From: Octopus sinensis
Taxonomy: Eukaryota
DNA length: 59,794 nt
Direction: 5' to 3'
NCBI RefSeq assembly: GCF_006345805.1
Contig: NW_021833849.1
Coordinates: 1 to 59,794 of the forward strand
The notes beneath the pieces were generated by a model. The model saw only the letters and a list, made by a program, of their open reading frames with translations. It did not search any database and was not told the origin of the DNA. Below, in pieces: positions 10,530 to 23,219 of this stretch (the first letter of the stretch is position 1; each line of letters begins with the position of its first letter). Position numbers and translations under genes: made by a program.

Positions 10530-12480
10530 CATTAATACCTCATCCTTCCCCTCTTCCTTTCTCTAATACATGATAGACTCCCTCTCTTATCACACACATC
10601 ATTCCCTCTCCTTCTCTCCTCCTCTCCCTCCCCCTCTTTCACTTATTTATGTTATTGTTTAACCCCGCCTCCCTCATCCCTCGTTTTCTCTCAACTCTTA
10701 CTCTCCCTCCCTCACAAAGCATATATCTCATACGTCATCTCTATTTCCTTCCCCCTCCCTCACTTTTTGTCTCTCTCTCCCTCCCACTTTACCACCTCAT
10801 ATCTCATACTCTCCCTCTACCTCTTTTGCGCTCCGCCCCACGTCACACTCTCCCTCTCTTTCTAAACCTATGTATCCTTCTCTCTCTCCCTCCACCTCCT
10901 TATATAATATTCTCTCATTCTCTTACCTCTTTCCTTCTCTCCCTTTCTCCTCCCTTTCCCTCTCCCTCTCTTTCTCTATGTCTGTCTCTCTCTTTCTCCC
11001 TCTCGCTTCTTATGTCTCTCTCTGTCTCCGTGTCTCTGTTTGTCTGTCTCTCTCCTTCTCCCTCTCTCTCCCTCTCCCTCTCTCTATTACCTTATTATAT
11101 ATTAACATTTATTTCTCTAATCCCTCCTCCTTCCATCCCTCTCTCTCTCCCTCTCCCTCTTTCTTCTCATCATTTTTACAGAATTACGTCGCCTTCCTCT
11201 CTATCTCTCTCATTCTTTCTATCTTCCTTTCTTTCTTTCTTTCTTTCTTTCTTTCTGTTTTTCTTCATCTTATGTCTTTCTTTCTTTCCTCTTTCCTTCT
11301 TTCTTTCCTCCTTTCTTTCTTTCTTCTTTCTTCTTCCTGCCTTACTTCACTTCTCTCATTCGTTATTCTTTCTTTGCTTCTTATTTCTTTCATTATTTTT
11401 TCTTTCCTCATTTCTTATTTATTTCTTTCTTTCTTTTTTTCCTGAATTTCTCGTATCTTTTTATTTTCTTATTACATTTTTTCTTTCTTCGTTACTTTTC
11501 TTCCTTTTTTTGTCGTGCTTCTTTTCCTTTCCTTTTCTCCTTTTTCTGTCTCTCCCTCTCACCCTGCTCTTATCCTTCTCACTTTCTTTCCTTCTTTTTT
11601 CCTTCTTTCTTTTTCCTTTTTTCCCCTTCATTCTTTCTATTTTTCTCTCTTTTTCCTTCTATCTTTACTTCTTTGTTCTTTCCATCTTTCCTTCTTTTTA
11701 TTCTTCTTCATTCTTCTATCTTTCCTTCGTTTTCCTTCTATCCTTCCTTCTTTTCTTCTCACTTTCTTTCTTTATTTCTTTCTTACTTCTTTATTTCTTT
11801 CTTTTTCCTTTTTTTTGTTTCTTTTTCCTTTCTTTCTTTCTTACTTTCTTTTTCCCTTTCCTTCTTTCTTTCATTCCTTCTTTCATTCTTTCTTACGTTC
11901 TTTCTTTTTTACTTACTTTCTTTCTCCCTTTCTTTCTTTCCATTTTACATTCTTTTTTCTTTCTTTCTTTCTGTCTCTCTTTCTTTCATTCCCTCTTTTT
12001 TTTTTTCTTTATTTCTTTTTTCTTTCTTTATTTATTTCTTCCTGCCTTTTTTCTTCCTTTTTTCTTTCTTTCTTTCTGTCTCTCTTTCTTTCCTTCTTTC
12101 TTTTTTTCTTTATTTATTTCTTCCTGCCTTTTTCTTTCCTTCTTTCTTTCTTTCTTCCTTCTTTTTCTTTCTTTTTCTTTTTTTTCTTTCTTCTTTCTTT
12201 TTTCTTTCTTTCCTTCTTTCCTTCCTCCCTTCCTTCCTTCCTTTCTTTCTTCCTTTCTTTCTTTCTTTCTTCCGCTCTCATTTCATGCATTTTTACAGAA
12301 TCACGTTACTTTATTCCTTCCTTTCTCTTTTCGTTCATTCCTTCTTTTTTTCTCTTTTCATTCTTCCTTTCTCTCTCTCTCTCTCTCTCACACACTTTCT
12401 TTCATTCTTTCCTTCCTTTTACTCTTTCTCTCTCTCACTCTCTTTCCTTCCCTTAATCTCATTGTTTCCCTCCCCAAACC
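10530..12480. repeat. ~1.9 kb polypyrimidine (CT/CTTT) low-complexity tract
   Basis: Plus strand is overwhelmingly C/T. Confidence 0.95.
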
Positions 12481-12939
12481 AATTCGACTTTTATAAAAGA
12501 ATCTCACCTCTCTATTGTCTCGCATCATTCGTGAAACAGCAACCAAACACCTTGAAATTCCTAAAGTTATTTTCTATATCAAAGCAGGACACTTGAGGAA
12601 GCGTCTATCAAATATATTGTCCTACATGTGGTCGGGAAATATGCTAGAAAAAACAGTTCAGTACACTGTATTCTGCATTGTTTTGCATGAAAGATTGAAA
12701 GAGACTTTAAGAAGCATCTGGAGGAATAATACACAATTGGTGGTCCTACGTGATGCTAGAAATAACAGCCAAGTATATCAAAGTTTTGTGTTGTCACTCA
12801 TATTAAAATTAAAGGTACTTAGAAAATCCTCTCTCTCCCACCTCAGCATGTATTAATATATCAACCCAAATCTAAGCCGAATACCCCTAACCTCTAAGCC
12901 ACTTGCCTTCACTCCAGCGACCATGCAAACTGTGTGATT

Positions 12940-13203
12940 CTATGGGTTTGGCATTTGGCGAAGGAAGGAGTTTTATACCGCTGTCCTCTTGAGTTTCTCG
13001 CCTTGATATTGATTTATCTGTGATCTTGGCTAGCAAGAAGTCCAGTTGTTTCTTGAAAATATCTACTCCGATTCCATAGAGATCCCTCCGATATTTTGGT
13101 GAGGAGTTAAATAGCAGTGCTCCCTTGAATCCCAAGATGAGACAGCTGGAACTTTTTGGAACAGTGCAGTGCGGTCCATTTCGAGGTCTAGTATTATTCT
13201 CAA

Positions 13204-13205
<2 letters not shown>
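12940..13205 (-). mobile_element. CR1/L2-group LINE 3' fragment
   Basis: RPRNGPHCTVPK...GFKGALLFNSSPKYRRDL...FKKQLDFLLAKITD resembles the CR1 C-terminus also seen at 43350-43600. Confidence 0.7.
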
Positions 13206-13206
<1 letters not shown>

Positions 13207-13234
<28 letters not shown>

Positions 13235-13380
13235 TGTATGTATGTATGTATGTATGTATGTATGTATGTATGTATGTTTGTATGTATGTATGTATGAATG
13301 TATATATGAATGTATGCATGCACGCACGCACGCACGCACGCGGATATGTGTGTGTGCATGTGTATTGCGCGCGTGTGTAT
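13207..13380. repeat. (ATGT)n and mixed GC/GT microsatellites
   Basis: Directly visible. Confidence 0.9.
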
Positions 13381-13389
13381 GTATTTATG

Positions 13390-16010
13390 TGTGTGTTAGT
13401 GTGAGGTTTAAGTTTAGGGCCATAGTGTTAGTGGTCTCTGTCTTCTTTCTCTTCCCTACACAATTACTTCGACCTATGTCCACCTTGTTCGTCTTATTAT
13501 GTCTGCTACTTTTCGTTCACCTTGTCTCTTCCATGTCAATACTTTAATCTCTTCCTTAGCAAGTTTCGTTCCTTCTTGATGTAGAAGATATCTAGTTATA
13601 TTTCACGTCCCCTTGTCACAAATAATTAATTAATCACACCCCATTCCATACTAGAATCGTTGAAATGTAACCAGGTATTGTAACATGTAGTTTTACTCAT
13701 ATTTTTTAACCTCTGGACATGGTGATCTCCTGCTACACGTATTCATGAAGATGTTATGTTTAAATCACGAAAAGGAAGAGGTGTTACATAATAATTCTCA
13801 TTGTAGTGTAAGGATATATTTCAAATACCGCTTGTTATTTATGTGTGGTTAAAAAGTTTTCTTCGATCTTGATTCGGGGGATTAAGAACTACAGAAATAG
13901 TAGTTAAAAAAATTGTAAACGATGGCCATAATTATAAACATCTTTATACCCAATTAAATGGATTAAGAACTTGCTTGTCTCTCATGGATACATTGAATCG
14001 TTTCCTTTCTAGACAACACAACGTAATAGTACATACATTGTATTGATGAAACAAAGGTATAAAGTCGACCCATGCGGAATCTGAAGTTGGTACATACACT
14101 TTGACGAAGTAGTGCTAAGAATTATTTGCCAGGCGTTCGAACAATTCTGCCAACTCATATATATTTAAATAAACACACCTAGACACACACACATATATAT
14201 ATATATATATATTTATATATGTCAAGTTTTGTTCCTTTCGAGAAGTAGAATATATCTTATTATATTTCACGTCCCCTGGTAATAAATATCGAATCATGCC
14301 CCATTCTCTACTACAGTAGGAGAAATGTAACCAAGGAAGGCATCGTATTTCTACTGTTAACTACTGGACTCAGAAGGCCACACATCTGCAATATTCAACA
14401 GCCTATGGTTTCTGGTCGACTTCCCTAACGAATCCTCAACCCAACTAATAATTTTTGACCATCATGAGCATAATGAACCTTGCGAGTCCTGGATACAATA
14501 CTTTCTACACCCATCCCTTCATCACTACCTTCATTCAAACCGACGCAGGCATCGGGTTTCGACACTTCCCTTTCACGACCGACCCAAGTTATCCGTTACT
14601 TGCTATGGGCAGACACTGGATGCCAGTTGTGCCTCTCTGGGAAAAGTCTCCTATTGAAACAGGGCCTGGATTAGCGTGAACTTAAGTAGTCAACATAACA
14701 TTGAGTGCCGCTCAAAGCAGCTCCATTGATATCATCGGTGCCCTGATCCTACGAATATCTGGGACTGTTCCATCATCTGCGAAGTTCACGAGCCGCCAAT
14801 TTCTGTACATCACTCCTTCAACTGACAAACATTTTTTTCTCTCCAAGTGTGTACCACCCTCGTTATTCATCCGCATTCTTCAGAATTGTAGAAAAGTGTG
14901 GAAATATAGGCACCACGATGGAAACATATCGAAACGATGTTATCTTCTTCATATTGGAGAAATGGAAAACAACCTATACTATTACGTTGTGTTGTTTAGA
15001 AGAAAAAAAGATTCAATGTATCTGTGAGAGACGGGCAAGTTCTTAACCCATGTAATTGGGTATAAAGATGTTTATAATTATGGCCATCGTTTTCAAATGG
15101 GGATTATATTTTCACACTTGTCATGGCAAGAGTTATTTTTCTTGTTTGCAAGGGAGGTAACTTGAAAAAAAGTCTTGGTATTTTCACAAATCTTAGATGT
15201 TAGTGTTACTTCCCTTACAAAGGAATTTATATTTTTGAATTTTTAACTGATATTTTAACTGAAATATCATAAATGTGGCAGGAATAATGTATGGACCCAA
15301 GGGTATGGGAGTGAAGTCGAATCAGACGGTATTAGAACTCGGAACATAAAGTCTGACAAAATATAAAATTATCTCATGTATTTTTCTTTAATACACGCAC
15401 ACGTGTTTGTGGATATATCTGTACTGTTTTCATTAAGGTGTCTGTATGCGTGTACGTGTTTGTGTTGGGCGTTTGTACGTGTGCGCATTGTGTGTGCATC
15501 TATATGTATGTATGTATGCATGCATGCGTCTTAGCGTGAGGTTTAGTGTTAGGGCTACAGGGTTCGTCGTCTTCTTTCTTGTACACGATTACTTCGACAT
15601 AGGGTCACCTTGCTCGTCTTATATCGGCTATTCGTCGTTCACCGTGTCGCCTCCATCTCAGCACTTTCCTATTAAGGCTTGTTCCTTTCGTGAAGTAGAA
15701 GATATCTTGTTATATATCACGTCCCCTGGCAATAAGCATTCAACCATGCCCCATTCCCTATTACAATAGGAGGAATGTGAGCAAGGAAGGCAACATGTAG
15801 CTCTTCTACTGTTAACCAAGGATATAGTAATTTCCTGTTACATATATTTCGTGAAGATATTATGTTTACATCATGAAAAGTACTAGTGGCTACATAATAA
15901 TATCCGTTGCTGCATAAGGAGAAGATATTTCTGATATCTCCTGCTATGTATGTGTGGTTAAAATTTCTTTTGGATCTTGTTTGTGAGATTCAGAAGGAAA
16001 AATGGCGGTT
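13390..16010. repeat. Cluster of degenerate local repeats (13390-13910, 14221-14365 partial, 15530-16010) plus a ~115 bp inverted repeat (13917-14031 / 14977-15093)
   Basis: Shared anchors such as gtagaagatatc, tttcacgtcccct, catgccccattc and gtgaagatattatgttt; inverted arm aaacgatggccataattataaacatctttatacccaatt. Confidence 0.75.
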
Positions 16011-16099
16011 AAGGAAGTAGGAAACAGAACTGTGTATACTGTCTGTCAGTGCACTCAATACCGTAATGTTCGTGAATTCGACAATTCTCCTTCAACTTT

Positions 16100-16690
16100 C
16101 AGTTACAATTTTATTCGTTGATCATTTTTTGCCTCTAACCCTTGCCTTGCTTTGTAGACATCAGTACTCATCGGAATGCCTAGCAACAGGCAACTCCAAT
16201 GAAAGTCTTATCCGAGAAGGTCCGCTGCAACGTCATCTCCGAAGCTGGATCTAGCAAAAAGTGGGCTAACTTTGAGCTGAGATGTTCAGACTACACACAA
16301 GCTAGTGGACTTATGCGTAACGAAGTAGTCTTTCAGCTTAACGAATACTGCAACGAGACCCTCAGAAAAGATTTTACATAGGCGTTCGATGCGTTGGCCT
16401 CCAGCGATGAGCGAGCTGTCCTCACTCACATTAAGTCCATGGTTCTCCGCCAAGAAAATGTGATTGTCATTTCTGTGCAGATACAGCAAATGTACCTGGA
16501 TGGGGACGAACCCGTTAGGATATTTGCAGCGTGTCGTAGATGACAGTGAGGTGTTTGCAAATTCAAATTGGAATGCCTTTGGAACGTCATATTTCGCGAT
16601 GTTCTTGTATGTGGGTTGGAGGACTAGGAGGTAGGCCTTGACACAATGGGTGACTCCAAGTAATACATGACTCTGAAAGAAGACACTTCC
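16100..16690 (+). mobile_element. Ty3/Gypsy-type gag remnant
   Basis: EKVRCNVISEAGSSKKWANFELRCSDY...QLNEYCNETLRKDF*...IKSMVLRQENVIV...QMYLDGDEPVRIFAA...VCKF...IFRDVLVCGL..EV.LD.MGD matches the Gypsy gag pattern (SSEEW..F..RW.DY; LRKDL; V.EEN; RQD.DE..R.F.ARL); in-frame stops; no LTR seen. Confidence 0.75.
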
Positions 16691-16699
16691 CCAATATGA

Positions 16700-16830
16700 C
16701 ACGCAGTGAGACTGAACCCGAATCCATGTGGTTGGTAAGCAAGCTATTTACCACACAGCCACTCCTGCACTTATACACATATATACGACGGGCTTCTTTC
16801 AGTTTTCGACTCCCAAATCCAAAGCAAGCT
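16700..16830 (-). mobile_element. SINE head and adjoining SINE body fragments
   Basis: Reverse complement reads gcaggagtggctgtgtggtaa...gggttcagtctcactgcg and aactgaaagaagcccgtcgtata. Confidence 0.7.
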
Positions 16831-16951
16831 ACTTATCACAAACCTGCTCCTACGCCTATCAATATATATATACTGCGTGGGATTTAAGTAGTTAATAAAT
16901 AATATGAATTGGTATTATCTGTAAGTTGATGATTGAATGGAAACTGTTCCT

Positions 16952-16954
<3 letters not shown>

Positions 16955-17016
<62 letters not shown>

Positions 17017-17097
17017 TATATACATATATATATACATACATACATACATACATACATACCTACATATACATACACACACATACATACACACACACAC

Positions 17098-17165
<68 letters not shown>
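16955..17165. repeat. (TA)n/(TACA)n compound microsatellite
   Basis: Directly visible. Confidence 0.95.
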
Positions 17166-17168
<3 letters not shown>

Positions 17169-17743
17169 CTGTGAGTAATTTGAATTTCCCTCAAAATAAG
17201 TTAAGGAACTTACATATCTACAACTTTGGACACACAAACGAACACCTAACAAAAAAATTAGAAATATAAATATCCCCAATTCTGTGTGAACATCTTGTCG
17301 TCCCCTCTTCCTATCAGAATATGAAAAAATGCCTTTTATTGTAACAACACAACTAAATGCACGATAAAAGAAAAATTATGGAAGTAAGCACCTGCTAATA
17401 TATACATGTATATACTTAAAAACTTAAATATATTACCCAAACATGTAAACACAACTTTTACAACTTTTATTGCAACAACACAATTGAATTCAGGAATTTT
17501 TAAAATATGTGTGGTGTATGTGTGTATGTATACATATGTATGTATGTGTGTGTATATTATATGTATTATTATTTTCTTACCATTAATTGCAAATACAAGT
17601 TGAATTGCTTTTCGAGCCAGCGCTCCCAGTATCAACTGGTTTTGGCCTCTCTTGACCCAAAGGGTCCTTTGTACTCTATGTACTCTATGGCCGACCTCGC
17701 CACCATCTGCTGAATCTATTTATAGATTACCTCTTGCTAACCA

Positions 17744-17992
17744 ACTACTACTACTACTACTACTACTGCGGCTGCTACTGTTGCTGCTGCTACTGCTACT
17801 ACTACTGCTGCTGTCACTACTGCTGCTACTATTGCTACCACTGTTGCTGCTGCTTCTGCTGCTACTACTGCTGCTGTTGCTGCTGCCACTACGGCTACTG
17901 CTACTGTTGCTGCTGCCATTACTACTGCTGTTACCACTGCCTCTGCTACTGCTGATAGTGATATTGCTGCTGCTGCTGATGATGATGATGAA
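17744..17992. repeat. Compound CTA/CTG/GAT trinucleotide repeat
   Basis: Directly visible. Confidence 0.9.
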
Positions 17993-18043
17993 TGTTAGTG
18001 GCTGAAAATAAATATATAAAACAAACGTAGGAAAAAGAATGAA

Positions 18044-21000
18044 AAATCTAATAATAATTTAACATTACTTGAAAAGGAAGTGGGTAGCGAACTTCTTCAC
18101 TACTTCTGGGAGTGACGACCCTGCCTGACACGCGTTCTGGGCTCAGCTGGCTCCGGCTGACAGTACCCGGTATGGGCCCCTATCCAGGGTTACGGAAAGG
18201 AGACAACCTTCAAAGAAATCCGGAGTGGAGCCCCGAAGGCGGTCTAGTGTTCGACTCGACACTCGTCCGGCAGCTCCTGCAACCAAGCTGGTGCCAAACG
18301 TAATGCACTGCACTCCTTTGGACTACATCAGCAAGGTCGAGAGAGGAAACCTGACGATTGGGTTACTCAGGACTTTCTTATCTATAGCCCAGGCCTGCGC
18401 AAACCTGGAGAGGACACTTCAGTGCTGCTGTAAAAAGCTGCAGAAACAACACGGGAGGTAACAGTCACGAGTGATAAATCTATTCAGATTGGCGTAAAAT
18501 ATGGGCGCTACGGGTTACCTCTGACGGTGGGAGGGACCTTCGTGTCCTATTGGTTAGCTACTGCCCACCTCAAGCTGGGCAGCCGCCAGTTAATAAGGTG
18601 CTGACCCGCTACAGGTCGCCTGCTTCATTGGGTGCTTGAAGCTAAGAGTATGACTTGAAAAGCGGCCTGCAACCTCTGCACCAGGCAAACAACTAAAAGT
18701 CAAGAAAACACCAGTTGTGCGGTTGGCAAGCTGGAATGTGAGGACCATGTGCCCTGGAATATCTGATGATCTACTCAGGGTTGAAGACACAAGGAAAACG
18801 GCCATCATTGACCGTGAACTAAAGAGGATCAACATAGATATTGCTGGGCTGCAGGAGACAAGTCTCCCCTCAAACGGCAAACTCAAAGAGCAGGATTTCA
18901 CCTCCTTTTGGCAGGAAGCGATCCAGAAGAACCTCGTCAGCATGGCGTTGGCTTTGCAGTGAGAAACTCATTACTCTCCTCAATAGAACCACCATCAGGA
19001 GGCACTGAGCGTATCCCCTCACTACGCCTCTCGACTTCTTCTGGCTCAGTACATCTACCCAGCATGTCTGCTCCCACTCTCTACAGCTCAGAGGAGACCA
19101 AGTACCAGTTCTACAAAGATCTCAACTGTGTCATAGAAAATATACCAACGACTGAAAATATCTACCTTCTGGGGGATTTAAACGCTCGCGTGGGATCTGA
19201 CCATGATTCGTGGCCCATTTGTGTTGGACACTTTGGTATTGGCAACATGAATGACAATGGTCAGAGACTACTCGAATTCTGCACATACCACAACCTGTGC
19301 ATCACAAACACATTCTTTACCAACAAGCCTTCCCACAAGGCATTTTGGAGACATCCAAGATCTCACCACTGGCATCAGCTGGATCTCATCATTACATGGA
19401 GATCCTTTCTGAATTCTACTCTATTGACCCGCAGTTACCACAGCGCGGATTGTGACACAGACCACTCACTAATTTGAAGTAGGGTGAGGATTCTGCCTAA
19501 AAAAGTCCATCGCTTCAAGAAAGTGGGCCGACCACGCATTAACACTGCCAGAACCTCGGAACCTACACTGCGAAAATGTTTTGCTGCTTCTATCAAGGTT
19601 GCCCTCAGTAGCTGCCCAACCTCCTCTGCTGAAAGTAGGTAGAACTATATCAGGGAAGCTTTGTATACGACATCAATAGATACTTTCGGCATGAGAGAAA
19701 GGCAAAACCCAGATTGGTTCAATGCGGGGCTCTCAGAGCTGGAGCCAGTTATCGAAGCAAAGCGTGCAGCTCTGATGCAATACAAGAGTGACTCTTCTAC
19801 AAAGTCACTCGAAGAACTCAGAAAGGCACGAAATAAAACCCAACTGACAGCCAGATGCTGTGCAAATAGGTATTGGCAAGAAAATCTGTCAGAGTATCCA
19901 GTCAGCTGCTGACAGTGGCAACACCTGTGGGATGTATGCCGGTTTGAAGAAGGCCCTCGGTCCATCCGCAACCAAGTCAGCCCCTCTGGAGATCTCATCA
20001 GGGATCAAGGCAAGCAAATGGATAGATGGGTGGAGCACTACCAGGATCTCTACTCACGGGAGACTACAGTGGCTGAGTCTGCAGTCGAGAGTGTCAAGAT
20101 CTTGCCAGTCATGTGCGAACTTGACGGTCCGCCATCTATAGCAGAGCTCATCAAGGCTGTTGACTCCCTAGCAAGAAACAAGGATCCGGGAAAAGACGGC
20201 ATCCCCTCAGATATCGTCAAAGCCGGCAAAAACCCCATCCTGCTTCGGCATCTTCATGAGCTTCTGTGTCAGTGCTGGGAAGAGGGTACAGTCCCTCAGG
20301 ATATGCGGGATGCTAACATCATTACGCTTTACAAAAACAAAGGTAACCGTGGTGATTGTAACAATTACCGTGGTATATCTCTTCTAAGCACTGTTAGAAA
20401 GACCTTTGCCCGCGTTATCCTGGCAAGGCTACAACTACTTGCTTCTCGTATCTATCCGGAATCGCAGTGTGGCTTTAGAAGAAGCAGATCAACTATCGAT
20501 ATGACATTCTCCGTACGCCAACTTCAGAGAGCAGAAAATGCCATTATATATGGCCTTCATTGATCTAACAAAGGCTTTTGACTCGGTAAGCAGAACAGGC
20601 CTCTTCATCCTGCTCCAAAAAATCGGATGTCCACCAAAGCTGCTGAGGATCATCAAGTCTTTCCATGATGACATGCAAGGCACCTTACAGCACAACGGTT
20701 CAACATCAGCCGCCTTCCAAATAAAAAACGGGGTAAAGCAAGGTTGTGTCCTCGCTCCTACATTGTTTGGCATCTTCTTCTCGCTCTTACTCTCACAAGC
20801 CTTTCAGACATCAGATGATGGAGTGTTTCTGCACAGTAGAAGTGACGGGAAACTGTCCAATCTCTCGCGCTTGTGTGCCAAGACCAAAATCAGAAACGTC
20901 CTGATCAAGGAGATGCTATTTGCTGATGATGCCGCTCTGGTATCACACACAGAAGAAGCCCTCCAAAGGCTCATTGACTGTTTTGAGCAAGCATGTAACG

Positions 21001-21375
21001 ACTTTGGCTTAGCTATCAGCCTTAAGAAGACCAACATCATGGGTCAGGCTACATCGGACATCCCAAACATACATATTGGAGACCATAGTTTACCTATCTG
21101 GGCTCTACCGTCACCTACAACCTATCCCTTGATGCTGAGCTCAATATACGCATTGGAAAGGCAGCTGCTGCGATGGCCCAACTCTCCAAACGGGCTTGGG
21201 ACAACAATAAGCTGATCAAGACCACGAAAATGAAGATCTACCAGGCATGTGTACTCAGCACTCTACTGTATGGAAGTGAGACTTGAACGCTATACACACG
21301 CCAAGAGCCTCACCTAAACATCTTTCACCTGCGCTGCCTCCGAAAAATCCTCCGCATCAAATGGCAGAATCATAT
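18044..21375 (+). mobile_element. RTE LINE copy B (duplicate of copy A, 3' end deleted)
   Basis: ~96-97% identical to 1452-4795 by eye; shares copy A's lesions, such as the stop in agtaggtag and deletions near gagatctcatcaggg and cttcagagagcag. Confidence 0.95.
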
Positions 21376-21626
21376 AAAAGAGGTTTATGCGCATCCGGTC
21401 AGTATGTCTAAGTAGTGGTCAATATTGAGGAAATGCAACAATAGAGGCCGCGAAACAGACAGTAGCATTTTTACTAGTCAAATCTCGTAACAAATTATAT
21501 ATTGCTCGGGAAAATGTAAAAATATATATAGATATACACATACATATTTCGGGATGGTCATGTTATTTATTATTAAAAAATATATATAAATGAATAAATA
21601 TATGTGTGCATATATATATTGTGTGC

Positions 21627-21800
21627 CCAGGTAGAGTATACGGGGATCTCTACGTACAACAGTGTTCGGGCAAACAGATCACATTGGCATAATTTGAAGA
21701 AGGCTGTCAAAGTAGTTTCTCATGGATTCAGATCTACGTTTCGAGCATTGTCTTCTGTGAAAGATACACGCTTGCCATTTTCAAGATGTACAGATAGATT
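21627..21800 (-). mobile_element. Helitron remnant, duplicate copy
   Basis: Reads FARTLLYVEIPVYSTW, closer to the Helitron consensus than copy A. Confidence 0.85.
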
Positions 21801-22147
21801 TTAGGAAAGTGTTCCTACATGTAAACAGGATGTGACATTTGTGTTGACAGTGTATTTGTCTAAAAGCAGAACCGTCCTTCCATCAGCGCTTGTCAATTGG
21901 CTGAAGTAACAATAAAGGCATCGTCATTCATTGTATATTCGTGAATAAGTCACAAACTGAAATACGTTGATCTATTGTTTAGGGAAATATTATTTACTTG
22001 TTTAAGGGTTGTACTGGATACATAGCGAAAACAGCTCTAACAGTTCGAATAGTAAGAAATAAACATATATATATATACAAATTCATAGTATCCGGTAATT
22101 AATGTGCTTAAACTTTTATATTTTATGTTTTTTCATTATGTTTCCAG

Positions 22148-22200
22148 GTTCAAGTACTGGTAATGGAACAGAGGATAGAACAGCAGAAACAAACTTTTGA
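22148..22200 (+). pseudogene. Orphan duplicate of candidate exon 8554-8606
   Basis: Identical exon and acceptor; the two upstream exons are removed by the deletion. Confidence 0.4.
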
Positions 22201-23165
22201 GTGAAAATCGAAAAAGAGCCTCCAAGAATCGTCTTTGCTGATATTTTATGCTATAAAACGATATTTTCTGCATATATAATACAAAATAAAATTTTCTCCA
22301 TATATAATATGAAATAATATTTCTTAATATATGATATAAAATAATATTTTCTCCATATATAATATAAAATATTCTTTCCTTGTAACGACACTATAATTGT
22401 ACCTTTCAATACAACACTATGCATGCATGAGACTGTATAATCCACCATGATGTAATTTAAACAAGTTTCAGGGCCTCACTATGGCTTGAAACAGAAAATA
22501 TTGCATGATTTGAAATTATATTGATATTCTATCTTCTTGCCAATTTAATGTTATCAATGTAAGCTTTAGAATTGTTAAATAAAGGATTAAATCTGATCTG
22601 TTGCTACCGTTCGTTTTCTAGATGAAATACTGTAATCCCGCAGACTAAGATCAAATACCACCGGAAGAGGCATTGATTCCATTTGTTATTTTAAACATTC
22701 CACTAAAATGTTAAAACTTGCAAAATGTATCATGTTGATTAGATTTACGATCATTGATCTAATTAGTATTATCAGGTCATTCAACTGTCATTGTTCAAGT
22801 AATCAACATTTCACAAACAGCTACATTCCAATCAAAGCACCGGACGTAGATTCGTCTTCTACACGTTCATGTCTACTTTCACTCCATCAATGTTACACTA
22901 ACACGGGACTGCGCATGCCTCAATGTCTTCATTGAAGTAGTTTCTTAGTTATATTCTCTACATGATATTCAGGCCCATTAGGCCGCAGTCTCTCTCGGGA
23001 TCCAACATATTCCAACACCCGGGGATAGAAGACACCCCACTAAAAGAGATGCCACTCTGTTGCAAGTTTAACCCTTGGTTGTTGCTGGTATTTCTTCTCA
23101 GATGACTGCACTGGAAGTGTTTTTCTCGTGGACAGAACGCATCGGACCAATAGTCCATGTGTCTA

Positions 23166-23219
<54 letters not shown>

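Larger units (their letters stand above)
21376..23121 (+). repeat. Direct segmental duplicate of 7779-10386 (SINE-free, shorter minisatellite)
   Basis: Colinear near-identity; ends at ctggaagtgttt. Confidence 0.95.

Noticed and set aside
10649-12596. 615 aa and other long F/L/S-rich ORFs
   Set aside because: Artefact of the pyrimidine tract, which cannot form stop codons easily; all three frames are open
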